From Eutreptiella sp. 'Long Island Sound 2002' (taxonomy: Eukaryota > Protista > Euglenida): a stretch of DNA of 64,000 nt. Each line of letters starts with the position of its first letter. The stretch's first letter is position 1. Below the pieces are notes generated by a model that saw only the letters and a list, made by a program, of their open reading frames with translations, made no database searches and was not told the origin of the DNA. Both the position numbers and the translations under genes were made by a program. This document shows, one piece after another, positions 37,730-49,365 of this stretch. The stretch is from assembly GCA_964036045.1 (NCBI GenBank), contig OZ038378.1:108438001-108502000 (forward strand), read 5' to 3'.

Positions 37730-38165
37730 GGTGTACTGCCTGGATGTCGACCTTACCACTTTCGTATTGGTGCCTGTGGGACTCTTTTTTAAGGATGTGA
37801 AGTTGGACGTAAGGTAAGAGGCTGTGGAGGGCTTTCCAGAGTAGCAGTGCTTGGATGCCGAGGCTCGTTACTGTGGCCTTGTTGAGTGGCTGTTGTGCTA
37901 TGTGGAGGAGTAGCTGTGTGTCGACAGTGGCGTCCACTACGAACCAGACCCGGACGACGTGCGGGAGGAGGGCGGGTAGGTCTGACGCGATTTGGCGATG
38001 GCGTCGGCTATGGCACCGAGTTTCCCGTGGCAGGAGGCCCCGTAGGTGGTGTGGCCCGTGTGGTAGTGTCCCTCGTCGTGGGTCAGTTGCAGGGTGGCTC
38101 CCCTGGTGATTGGCTCGAGGGCGGATTAGCCTGACGTGTCGGTGAAAAAGACTACGTCCGCCAGT
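37730..38165 (-). pseudogene. LINE-C RNase H, downstream copy
   Basis: VVFFTDTSG; WFVVDATVD; KESHRHQYESGKVD. Confidence 0.8.
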
Positions 38166-39391
38166 GATAGCTTTGGGAGGCAGCATGGGTTAATGGGCAG
38201 GTACGCGTATATGGCGAGGCCTGTGGTGAGGTTGGCCACCGGGGTTTGGGGCTGCAGAACGGGGGTGGCGTACACCCCTATTCCCTTGGAGATAATGCGT
38301 TTCGCGCGGGGGACATGGCTATGAGTCCTTGTTCTGGTTGTCCTTGTGTGTAGTAGCAGTAGATGTAGTGGACGATGTAAGCCGTGTCCGGGTTCAGGTC
38401 TCCGCATCCGAGGGTTTGTGTTAGGTGTTCTGGTGTGTGGCAGGAATGGTGAAGCGGCTAGTAAGGGTGTTCGTGTTTACACGTTCTGCCTGGTTTGTGC
38501 ATGCTGTAATTGATTGCCAATCCTGCGGGGTCGGCGCGGGGCCAGGTGTGTGAATAGCAATTTGGGTATGTAGTCCGGGTTCCAAGCCACTGTGGGGTTC
38601 CTATCGGCGTAGGGGAAAGACCGGGCCACACATGCGTAGGCCTGTCGTGGTAGGTGAGCCGCGGGGTGGGTGTGGGGGAGTGCTGTGAGGTGCAATACGG
38701 GCCATGGTGTGGCGGGTGCGTTGGGGTCACAGGCCCAACATGTGCGCGGCATTTGTTGGAAGTTGTGGGGGACCGCTGTTAGGTCCTGGGTGGTCATCTG
38801 GTGCTTTGGTAAGAGCCAGCTTGCCCCCGTGGTGGATATCGGTGATCTGTGTGCCTTTGGTCTCGTTGTGGGGCAGTAGTAGGGTTAGCGGTGGGACCAT
38901 GCCTGTCATTCGGGGGAAGGGCTCGTGATGGGACATGGGTGCTGCTTTTTGAAGTCCCGGTAGGCTGATTTCATGTCTTGGTTTCCCGGCAGAGTGTGAT
39001 TCGCTGCCCGCGCCGTCTGTGTGAGGTACTAGTGGAAGGGGCTGTATTGAGTCCACTCAGGAAGTTGTAGGAAGGGGGTATGGCGTGCCTCGCTGCAGTG
39101 AAGGACCCGCATTTCGGAGAGAGTGACGTACACCACTGTGATGGAGGCTCTGACGAGTCAGATGTTGTCGATGGTGCCTTTTCCGTGATGGTGGACGTCC
39201 CCGCCGAGGACGGCTAGGGGTCCTTCCTCCCGGGAGGTGTGGTTGGTGAGCATGGTGTGGTGTGCGGAAGGGAGTAGAAGCTGTAGGTGCTTCCATATAG
39301 GGGTGTTGATGTTGGTGGCCATGCCCGTCTGATTAAGTGCCCAGCGCAGGCATGTGTTGCGGGCCCGTTGTGCGGCTTGCAGGCGGATCGT

Positions 39392-40150
39392 GGGAACCCG
39401 CAGGTGAGGGGGCGTTGTGGCCTGAGGGGGGGTCCTTCCGTGTGTTGGGGCCCGCCTCAACTTGTGTGTGGGCGGTGGGGATGGCTCAGATCCAGGGCAC
39501 GGTTCCTGTGGACGGCCAGCGGCGCTTGATCCACTGGGACAGGCAGAGCATGTCCAGTCCCAGGTGGTAGCCCGCTCGCCCCGAGAAGATTTGGGCCAGG
39601 GCCCGGGCCGGCGTTTCGTCGGCTCGCTGGAGGACGCCCCTGAGGACCTAATGTGGAGTGGCCGGCTCACCTATTGCCCTGGGGGGCGTGGCCCCTAGGG
39701 CTCTGTGCATGATGTCGGTCCCTTTGATGACCCATTTTGGGCCAGGGGACGCTGCTGCCGGGGACACTAGGTAGTAGTGCCGGCGCTCGAGGACTGTACA
39801 CCAGACCTCCGGCGGGGGTTGGTCGCTGTCTGTAGTTGGGGGGGGGGGGTTGTTGTTGGCGATGCGGAAGCCGACAGCATGATGAACGGTGTTGCGGGTG
39901 GGTGCGGTTGCCTGTACCCACTGTTCCGGGTGGCTCGGGTCTGCCGGCTGATCCTTCTCCGCTGGGGCTCGTCGTAGGCGTGTGGTTCCTCGGCGTGTGA
40001 CGTTGGTGTCGGTGTCGTGTGTCAGGCCTGGTCCCACTCCATGGGGGGGATCCAGATGTGCAGCTCTCGTGTTGGTGAGCCCTCCAGAGAACGAGGTCTA
40101 CGATGGTCTCGTGGAGACCTTTCCCCGGGTCGGCTAGGTCGCAGAGGGCC
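39392..40150 (-). pseudogene. Ulp1-like protease, upstream copy truncated just after the catalytic Cys
   Basis: DLADPGKGLHETIVDLVL; VWCTVLERRHYYLV; WVIKGTD; TCG at 39400-39402, then the sequence jumps back to the post-RT region. Confidence 0.65.
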
Positions 40151-40904
40151 TTGAAGGGGAGCTTGGTCAAGCCCCCTTGGAGGCAGTACCAGCCCAGGGG
40201 AGTGTCTCGGGCCCTGCCTTGGAGGGTTGCTCGGAGGAGGATGGGGTCGCTGACGGTGGCTTTTGTCAGGCAGCGGTGTCCTGGGCAGCGGTGTCACCGC
40301 CCCTCTCATGGTGGCCCCCTTGATCAGGGGATCCCTGAAGAGGTGCTCGGTGGCCTGGTGTGTGTGGCTGTTGGTTGGCCAGCCTTCGTGTTGCTGTAGG
40401 GCTTCCGCCAGGGACGAGCCCACTAGTGTGTCCCTGCCTGTATGGAGGGGGCATATCTTGAAGTGGCCCCTGTCCTCTGGGGTCCTATGGTTGCATGGGC
40501 GGCAGGTGTGTTCTTCCACGGCGTGGATGTGCTTGCGCGAGAGCCATCGGGTGACTCTGGTGAAGAATGCTAGTTGCTCCCCGAGGAGCTGGATGCGTCA
40601 TCTCTGCAGGTGGGCAGGGATGCACGCTAGGCGTAGCGCCGAGTGGTAGAGGGGGACTTTCAGTTTCTCTTGGAGCTCTTGGATGTGTGCTCGGCTGTCT
40701 GTTTCGCTGAGCATGAGGGCGAGATGTTGGATGGGGTTGGGATAATGGTATGCTCTGCTGTGTGAGGTATAGAGGGCGTCCTGTGGTACCCAGTCCGGGG
40801 TCCGATGGGGTTCCTGCTTGGGGGGTATGTGCTCGAGGTGTGTGTGGTTGCGGGCCAGGTCTAGCACGTGGAGGGTTGTTAGGAGCGTAGTGCGCCGGTG
40901 TACC

Positions 40905-41345
40905 GCCTCGATGTTCACCTTGCCATTCCAGTATTGGTGCCTGTGGGACTCGTGTTTCACGATGTGAAGTTGGACTTGAGGGGGGAGGCTGTGAGGGGCT
41001 TTCCAGATCAGCAGTGCTTGGGTGCAAAGGCTCGTTGCTGTGGCTTTGTTGAGTGGCTGTCTTGCTACGCGGAGGGGTAGGTGTGTGTCGACAGTGGCGT
41101 CCACTATGAACCAGACCCGGACGACGTGCAGGAAGAGGGCGGGTAGGTTGGCCGCGATTTTGGGGATGGTGTCGGCTATGGCCCCCTGTTCCCCGCGGGA
41201 GGAGGCCCCGTAGGTGCTATGGCCCGTGTGGTGGTCCATGTGGTAGTGTCCCTCGGTGTGGGTCAGTTGCAGGGTGGCCCCCCCGGTGATGGGCGTGGGG
41301 GCGGACTCGCCTGAGGCGTCCCTGAAGAAGACTAGGTCCGCCAGT
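40905..41345 (-). pseudogene. LINE-C RNase H, upstream copy
   Basis: LVFFRDASG; SSRGEQGAIAD; WFIVDATVD; KHESHRHQYWNGKVN. Confidence 0.8.
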
Positions 41346-42699
41346 GATGGCTGTTGGAGGCGGCATGGGTTCATGGGCAGCTAGGCGTATATGGCGAGGC
41401 CTGTGGTGAGGTGGGCCACCGGACCGGTGGGATGCAGGATTGGGGTGGTGTACATCCCTCTTCCTTTGGAGATGATGCGTTTCACTCGGAGGGACATGGC
41501 TATGAGTCCTTGTTCCGGTTGCCCTTCTGTGAGGTAGGAGTAGATGTAATGGAGGATGTAAGCCGTGTCCGGGTTCAGGTCTCTGCATGTGAGGGTTTGT
41601 GTTAGGTGGTCTGGTGTGTTGCACGAGTGGTGGAGCGGATAGTAGGGGTGATTTTGCTTGCCCGTTCAGCCTGGTCGGTGCATGTCGTAATGAATTTCTA
41701 TTCCTGCGGCCCGGGGGCGGGGCCACGTGGGCGTCGTGGTGAATAGCCATTGGGGTTCGTGGTCCGGGTTCCAGAACCAGGGAGCCACTGATGCATAGGC
41801 CTATGGTAGTAGGCCGGCTGTGGGGTGGTTGTGGTGGCGTGCTATGAGTTGCAAAAGGAAGCATGGTGTGGTAGTTGTTTTGGGTTCACAGGCCGGACAT
41901 GTGCGCGGCATGTGTTGGGAGTCGGGGGGGACCGCCGGTAGGTCCCAGGTGGTCATGGGTCTTTTGGTATGCGCCACTTTGCCTCGTGGCGGATGACGGT
42001 GGTTTGCGTGGGTTCGGCCTCGTCTTGGGCCAGTAGTAGGGTTAGCGGCGGGACCTGACTTGTCACTGCGGGGACAGGTTCGTGCTTCGAGCCGATGGGT
42101 GTGTGGGGCGCTATCGCCAGGCGAGATAGGCGTGTTGCGTTTTGAAGTCGGGGTAGGCTGTTTCTCATGTCTTGGTTTTCCGGCAGAGTGTGCTCACTTG
42201 CCCATTCTGTTCGTGTGAGGTACTGGCCGAAGAGGCGGTATTGAGGCTACTCGGGAAGTTTCAGCAAGGGGACGTGGTGTGCCCTGCTGCGGTGAAGGAC
42301 TGGCATTTGGGAGAGAGCGACATATATTACTGTGATGGAGGCTCCGACGAGGTCGATGGTGTTGACAGTGCCCCTCGGGCGATGCTGGAGGTCCCCGCAG
42401 AAGACCGTCAGGGGTCCTTACTCTTGGCATGTGTGGTTAGTGAGTATAGCGTGGTGTCAGGAAGGGAGTAAAAGTTGCAGGTGGTTCCATATGCGGGTGT
42501 TGGTGTTGGTTGGCATGCCCGTCCGGTGGAGTATCCAGTGTGGGCATATGTTGCGGGCCCGTTGCGCGGCTTGGAGGCTGATCGTGGCGACTTTGCGAAC
42601 TTCCGGGGAGTGGTCCTGGGTCATGCGGTGAAGGGGGAGGGAGGTGTGTCTGGTGTAGGCCGCTTTACCTCTTCTCATATGGGTTCCACATAAGGGGGC

Positions 42700-43651
42700 C
42701 ATGCGGCACCTATGGCCCGTGTGAGTATGGAGGTGAGCCAGCCCCTGTGTGGTGGCCATGCCTTGGTGACGGCGCGTGTGGCTGGCTTGAGGGCGGTTGT
42801 GGGGTGTGTCAGGTGGAGTACCTGGAAGCCTATGGAGGCGTTCAAGACCCCCGTGAGGTAGTATGCCAGGCTTTGGTGGGATGGGGAGAGGGCCTTGATG
42901 GCCAGGGACGCATCTCGGGGGAGATAGGCCAGGTGTGATCGCAACTTGGGGGGGAGGGTGGTATCGTCGGGGTTTGTGGTCTGGATCACACCCAGGTGGG
43001 TAGCGGCTTCGGCAACGTGCATGGAGGGCCCTCGTGACCCCAGGGTGGCGGCTGTGGCAGACCCTTTGAACTTCGCGACCGAATTTGTAGGGTGGATGAT
43101 GAGGTTGAGGTAGGAGATGGTCATGTCCAGTAAGTCGTTCGCCTGCTGGGTGACTGTTGGTCCGTCGTCTGGGGTGTGGGGTTCTTATGGGGTGTCTGCA
43201 ACCGTGAGGTTGGTGTCATCCGCGAAGCCCACCAGCAGGGAGAGGAGGGGGTACAACGCGTAGGCCGGGTATAGCTGTTCGATTGCGAGGGCCACGGGGA
43301 GTGTCACGAGGAGGTACAGGAAGGGCTCTTCCGCTCCTCCCTGGGGACCCCGCTGCCTGGCTCCAGGAAGGAGGTGAGGCCCACTCCGGTGCAGACTGTG
43401 TATTTACGGGTGCGGATGTAGTCGGGGGTGAGGTTGTAGAAGGGGAGGCCCATGTGTTTCCATACCACTTCCAGAAGAAGCCAGAGCTGTTCAGTCCGGA
43501 TCCCTTGACTTTGAGGGAGGCGCTGATGAGATCCAGAGGGTCCATGTCGGCTATGGTGTGCTGGAGGACTATGGCCTCGTTTGGGGACCGGCCTGGGATA
43601 GCTCCCCAGAGGCTGGCGGGTATGTGGGGGTCTAGGTTGGGGCGAGAAAGT
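42700..43651 (-). pseudogene. LINE-C reverse transcriptase, 5'-truncated
   Basis: LWGAIPGRSPNEA, ISASLKVKG, GPQGGAEEPFLYLL, VGFADD, HLGVIQ. Confidence 0.9.
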
Positions 43652-44065
43652 TAGAGCAGGGTACCACTGTTTATTGTTTTGATGATATTGCTTTCTTGTG
43701 CACGCTTGCTCCTGCTGCTCCTTCATGTAGCTCAGTTATTCAAGGAATACATTTTTTGTTGAAAGAAACCAAAAATCCAAGTACCCACAGTGCAAAAGAG
43801 GAACCACAGAATCAAATCCAAGACATGAAGGGCTGCAGTCAAAGAAGATAGTGTCTGGACAAAGGAACTCACGATAACTACAGAGGTGAGAAACGATAGT
43901 TAGAAAATATTCTACAATCATTGAAAAACTGACCACATGGGCACTCACTCTTTTATGGGGCCATCTAGAGATGTACACTCTTTGTCTTGGGTCCGATAAG
44001 TTCTGAGGTTGCATGGCTTGTGACGCTGACGTCACTGCCATGTCACATCGGATCTTCCTACTTAG

Positions 44066-44150
44066 CTAGGCTGACTGGGAATTGAACCCAGGACCTCTCC
44101 AAAAGAGGTGCCCCAGCCCCCTAGGGTGCAGACCACTAGGATAGCTAAGC
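44066..44150 (-). mobile_element. tRNA-derived (SINE-head-like) segment
   Basis: Minus strand A box TATCCTAGTGG and perfect T-arm CTGGG-TTCAATT-CCCAG; no canonical acceptor stem. Confidence 0.55.
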
Positions 44151-46769
44151 ATTCATGGGAAGATATAGAAACTTGTACAGGCTCTGGATCAATGTCAGCG
44201 CCTCAGTCAGTCCAGGATATTGGAGTTATGTCCAATCAGTTGGGGGGTCAGGGGTCCACACAACATGCAAAGTTCAATGCTTGGTTGGTATAGGTCAAAA
44301 TGCTTTGCCACCCCCTTTTGGATTGGCCAATACTAAGATAATAATGTAGTATGCCCTTGGGCATCTCTGAAACAAGTAACGCTTACCATTAGGCAGGCTC
44401 CCGCCTTGTGCTGTGGTGGCCACCACTGTCGCATTCTAAAGGAAAAAGGGTATTTTTCTTGACCTCCCCATTGTTTCAGCATCTTTTTTTAAAATTACCT
44501 ATAACTTCCCTAACACTGTAGAAGGGGCGCTGCGTCAGGGCAGTTGCCAGTTTTTACCTTGTCGTAACAAACACATATAGCCCCCACTGCGCTCAGTGGC
44601 GTTGCCGGGGCAGCTGTGGCTTGGTAGGGGGTTGAAATGGGCGTGCTAAGTCATGCAATCATGAATCCCTCCCTCCAAGTAGCAAAACGCGAAACCCAAC
44701 GCAGGCTACCGTCAGGGCACGCAGTCCTGGTCGTCGTGGAACCAGCTGCCTGTGCCTGGCCTGTCCTTAGGGCGGGGGTGTGGCGTTGAAAATTATTTTT
44801 CCCTTAATGGGGTCTTGGGATTCTGGACAGTGGTCATTGGGGCAGAGATTGGACCAGAACACGGCCCACACCGCTGTATTCACCCAAGGATATCTGCAGA
44901 GAAAAGATGCAAGGGATGAGGGTCAGATTTACGCGCAACGATCGATGATGCACTTAAATCCGTCAAATGACAGACTAGACCTTTTCTGAGGGTACACACC
45001 TGTCCAGAACGTCCATGTGCATTCAATGCACATTTTCACGCATTCTTCCTTCATCAAAGGAATTTTCAAATCCCTGGATTCACACGCAGCGAAAAGCGGC
45101 GCGCTGGAGCGCATCCTATCCGGAAAGGACAGAGAAAATAAGATTATAACGGTATGTCACCTAAAAATAAAGAAATGGCGACACACACATTAAATAATAA
45201 AGGAATGAATTGTAAACGAGGTCTACTTGACACAAGAAGGCTCCAAATACATTCAGAAAAAGCAATCCATTCTTAAAGAAAAAAGGTACGCTCCTGATCT
45301 TGATCCATGGGATCTGATATTACTCATCGGGTCAGAACTTAGATCCAAAGACCAAGTACAACAGCTTCTAGAGCAACCAGCGCTTCCCTTGGGGTAACTG
45401 ACGCCTTTTCGAAGCTAACCCCACGCCTCTCCCTTGCCTGCTTATCTCTTCAGCATTACTTTAATTATGCATTTCCATGGGGACGCAAAGGGACGTCGTC
45501 TCTCGACTGCAGAACAAGACATGAGCGTTCACTGTAACTACCTTCGAACACCGAAGTGCTTTCAGGTTTGTCATGCTTTGTTGCTGTCAGCGCCTGTCCA
45601 CTACATGATTCAGTGTTAAGCGCACACCATGTACTGACTCCACCTATTCTCAGTTTGTGCCAAAGGCGACCCGACAGTATGCTCAGCCATGGATCCATTA
45701 GGTCCCCTTCTTTTACACCCAGCCCAACGCTGTTACATCGTCACCCGTCCGCCCGCACACCTTTTCACTGACCACACTCTCCCCACATCATCACGCGGTT
45801 TGCGAATCATTGCAACCTACCCCCAGGTCCTATACGCCACCTGATGCCACAACATGTTTCCCTTGGGACTACAAAGCCACTCCAACACTCGTCGACAAAA
45901 CAAGGCATGAACACACGCTGAAACGACTCTTGAACATCGGAGTCCTTCCAGGTTTGTCATGTCTCGCAACTGTTAACGCTTTCGAGCTACATTATTCACT
46001 GTCTGTTTCTCCCCACATGTTGGGTATTCTTATCTCACCATCAAATAGTTCGTACCCCTGCTTTGCTCCCGACTCAACGCCACTCCACCACCAACTCCGC
46101 CTGCACATTTTTTCTCTGCCTACCTTTCCATCTTGCTGATTCAGAATCATCAAAAATTAACCTTGAATTCTATGAAAAGCCTGGCAATCTGGCAGACGTA
46201 AATACATGTCTGGCCTACTCGAGCGGCCTTCGATGGGACGGAACCTCCCGTATCAAAAGGTGAGAGCTGGGACTCTGACCCCACCCTATACTTCCACACT
46301 CTGCGCAGCCCTCTCCTGGTGAGTCAGGTAACTATCGTCTTCCGTCACTTCAACACCCATCATTTTGCATACTCGCTGAATCCAGAGTCACATGAAATAC
46401 AGAATTCAGTCCTTGTTGTACCTTACTCCGACTGGTTGTCAGGGTCAGGACTGATTTCTTTTCATTTGAAGGAATACGTGCTCCTTGGGAGTACTTTTTG
46501 CCTGCGTTTTGGCTGGACCCCCGCTGCATCACAAAGCATGCAACGTATCCTCCATGAGCTGGTATATTCACTGCAATTTCTCTCTCACTCAGCGTTCCTC
46601 AAGAGAAGCAAAGCACACGTTGCTCTACTTCTCGCCCCCCTCCTCCCCCAACCAAGGCCGCCATGACGCCATCCAATGAAACCTTTACACCTAGAAAACA
46701 AATACCAACTTCCCATCTTCCCGAGCACCACCTCTCTGCCAGCACCAACTAAGACACCTTCGCCTCCGC

Positions 46770-47275
46770 TGAATTTCTTTCCGAACGAGATCTGCACCAT
46801 CTCCCACAACTTACAACGCCGCAAGAAACTTTCCCTGCAGACTGTCCTCCATCTTTTTCAATGGTTTTGATATTGTGGCCTTGCACGAAGTGGTTCATCA
46901 CATGCCCCCTCCTCTTTGCTACGAATCGTCAAAATTCTTCCACATCGTCAGTCGTACTACTACAAGGGGCACGGCTTTAGTATTGTCCCCGCAACTTGCG
47001 CCCATGGCATCGGAACTCATCACTGACCCACGTGGCTTGTTGACATCTGCCTTGTTACGCCTTCCTGGACTCCTTCCCGTACTCATACTCTCTGTTTACG
47101 CGCCACGAAGCGATGAGGAGTCACGCGAAAACATCATCTCCTTAATTTCTGTTCTTCTAGAACAATATCCACTTCATTGACTCATGGGCAACTTCAACAC
47201 ACTACCGAAGAATGCTCTGGACTCAGAGGGTGTCAACTCCGCAAACGTGTGGCCCTGGCCCTCCAATGCAGTCAA
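46770..47275 (+). pseudogene. LINE-B APE endonuclease, N-terminal part
   Basis: ICTISHNLQ, VALHEV, GTALVL, LSVYAP, MGNFN. Confidence 0.85.
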
Positions 47276-47719
47276 TGTAATGGGGCAGAGCATTTTGCTA
47301 CTGTTCATCTATCTTTGTATTGTTTTGGCAGGATCAGGCACCGCGATGCGCGTGCCGCAGAAATCGCGCATTGCGCAGATTACATAATAGCTTTTGGCAG
47401 TCAAAGATTGTCTTTTCTTCTTAATTTATTTAATGTTAAAAGATCACTGCATGCTATTGTTTATTCTGTATGCGTAAATGCATGATCTGTTCATCTACCT
47501 TTGTTTAGGTAATGAACAGAGTATTTGCTGAACCAGCTAGTGCTGGTCTTTGAATGAGATCGCAACAGTGAACAGAGTTCAATAACATCTGGGAGTTCTT
47601 CTTCTGCGTGCCGTTCTGTGGTTTCCGACGTGAAAGGTTTGGTGCTAGTGAGTATGAGTTCTGAAATGGCATGAACAGAGTATTGTGAAGCACCGTGAAA
47701 TAAGGACACTCCTATTACA
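47276..47719 (+). repeat. 5' LTR, 444 bp
   Basis: About 8 substitutions versus 50314-50757 (manual count, ~98% identity). Confidence 0.95.
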
Positions 47720-47730
47720 GTTCAGCAAAT
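47720..47730 (+). other. Putative self-priming PBS GTTCAGCAAAT
   Basis: No TGG tRNA-type PBS; exact reverse complement of ATTTGCTGAAC at 47523-47533 inside the 5' LTR. Confidence 0.7.
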
Positions 47731-47744
47731 CACGTTCCTACAGA

Positions 47745-48227
47745 GGTAGGTAGGTAGGTATCTTCGGGAGCTCGGGATGCCTCCTTTGACGGTGCAGGAA
47801 GAAGGTCTTACCACGGGGACGTCCTGTCCCTCCCACTGCCCTATGTTAGGTGCCTCTTGAGCCGCTCCCGCATGTGCTCGGGAAGGCATTGTCGCGGCCA
47901 CCCGGTCCATGTGTCCCAGGTGGGAGGGTGTCCCCACATGTGTCCATGAGTAGGGCCACATGCCCCCTCCTTTGGGCGGCAGCTCTGGGGGCTGCCCAGC
48001 CGTGTGGAGTATCTCTCACCACAAGGGGTATTGCTCCCGCTTGTCTACGGTACGACCGCCTCACCCTTGTGGCTTGAGTTGCGGGGCCGCTCCGCTTTGC
48101 AGGCGACCCCCTCCTGGACTGTGTACCGGCTCGCCTGTCACCGGTTGCATCCATGGCTCCGGGTGACGTTTGCCATGGTCCCCGATGCAGCCTGGCCGGG
48201 CTCGGACCAATAGCCTTGGAGTACCGC
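47745..48227 (-). mobile_element. 483-bp 3' fragment of a (TACC)n-tailed non-LTR element
   Basis: TSD TCCTACAGA (47736-47744, 48228-48236); GGTA repeats at the 47745 end; motif blocks shared with 5773-6250. Confidence 0.85.
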
Positions 48228-48264
48228 TCCTACAGAACGTGCCACGAGAAGAAGACGCCGTACT

Positions 48265-49365
48265 TTGCGTGCGGCGCTGCCAAGATCGTTGCGAACATTG
48301 CGACATGGCATTCCGACATTGAGTGTTCAACCTTTTTCTCTCGTTCTCTTGTGCGGCGCTGAGCACTGCAGATACGCATTTACGACGCCAAGGCTGAAGT
48401 GGAGTAGTGTGCTACTGATGCGGCAGTCCCTTTTGGCTGGTGCAGCTCAGCAGCGTTGCCACTGCAATCAATTTGCAATCAACGTACGGTGCCGCAAAGC
48501 AGCGACTTGTTCAGTGCGCCGCGCCTCACAGAGACTTATGGATCTCACGTGCAATGACTGTCTTGTACGCTTACCGTCAGGGCGACAACTCGTCGTGGAC
48601 CACGTCTATTGTCGTCCCCGTCACAAGGTCAACCGCATATCAGTGGCAGCGCTGTCTGTGCGAGCGCTGTCAGACGCGGAGGACGACAGTGGGCCTTGTG
48701 CGTGGGCAGAGATGCGATATACGGGACAACAAGACAGAGATGGTCGCATTGTAGCGTGCTGGCCAGAAGAGTGGGCGACGGGCGCCCATCGAAGGCCAAA
48801 GAGCCCAGTGCTGTGCGTTGTAGCGAAGGCAGAGGATGAAGATATGTGGATGTACAGTATGCTGCTGAGGCAGCAGCAAGTTGACTACGACAGCTATGAT
48901 GAGCACTTAGAGGAGAAGCTGTGGAATAACATCCGAAGAGTGGCGAGTGAGAGAAAGGCACGTCGTACAAAACGACAGCAGGGGCCCACGCTGGATTGTA
49001 AGAGCCTTTTGGTGCAGCAGATGCAGCGACGCCGCAGAATCCAGCGTGAGGAAGACATCCAGTGGAGTACTCTCAAGGAGCTGCGCCCTGGGAGAGGGTG
49101 TCACAGGATTGGGTTCAACTTGAGTATACCAACTGTGCAGAGGACGCCAGCGGAAGTGCCACAGAGCACAGCAATTTCGCTTGAGAGTGGTATCCAAAGT
49201 GATCCCAGAATGGACCTTATGGTTGAGACGTTACAAGCCATTGCAAGGAATACAGAACCCACGCAAGCTACACCGGTGCAAGAGATTATTACAAAGCCAA
49301 AGAGAAAGAGGTGTGAGAGGCCACGCAGCCGTGGTGGCTCCAAAAAGGCTGACACGACAGACTGA
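48265..49365 (+). CDS. Orphan Cys-rich/basic protein carried by the LTR element (first ATG 48418, 315 aa; open frame 366 codons)
   Basis: Uninterrupted frame; CHC...C...C...CNDC cluster; C-terminal KPKRKR. The same frame stays open after the TGA until 49602. Confidence 0.55.
   Translation: MRAALPRSLRTLRHGIPTLSVQPFSLVLLCGAEHCRYAFTTPRLKWSSVLLMRQSLLAGAAQQRCHCNQFAINVRCRKAATCSVRRASQRLMDLTCNDCLVRLPSGRQLVVDHVYCRPRHKVNRISVAALSVRALSDAEDDSGPCAWAEMRYTGQQDRDGRIVACWPEEWATGAHRRPKSPVLCVVAKAEDEDMWMYSMLLRQQQVDYDSYDEHLEEKLWNNIRRVASERKARRTKRQQGPTLDCKSLLVQQMQRRRRIQREEDIQWSTLKELRPGRGCHRIGFNLSIPTVQRTPAEVPQSTAISLESGIQSDPRMDLMVETLQAIARNTEPTQATPVQEIITKPKRKRCERPRSRGGSKKADTTD

Larger units (their letters stand above)
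32152..43651 (-). mobile_element. 5'-truncated giant non-LTR element LINE-C (RT, RNase H, zinc knuckle, Ulp1-like protease, long low-complexity tail) with internal duplication
   Basis: RT motifs PQGGAEEPFLYLL and VGFADDTNL; RNase H FFTD..G; C-x-C...H-x3-C knuckle; protease triad. Heavily frameshifted. Confidence 0.85.

Noticed and set aside
48170-48227. Twister-ribozyme-like GGTCCGAGCCCGG on the minus strand
   Set aside because: The pseudoknot partners could not be placed, and the motif is missing from the related 3' end near 6200-6250.
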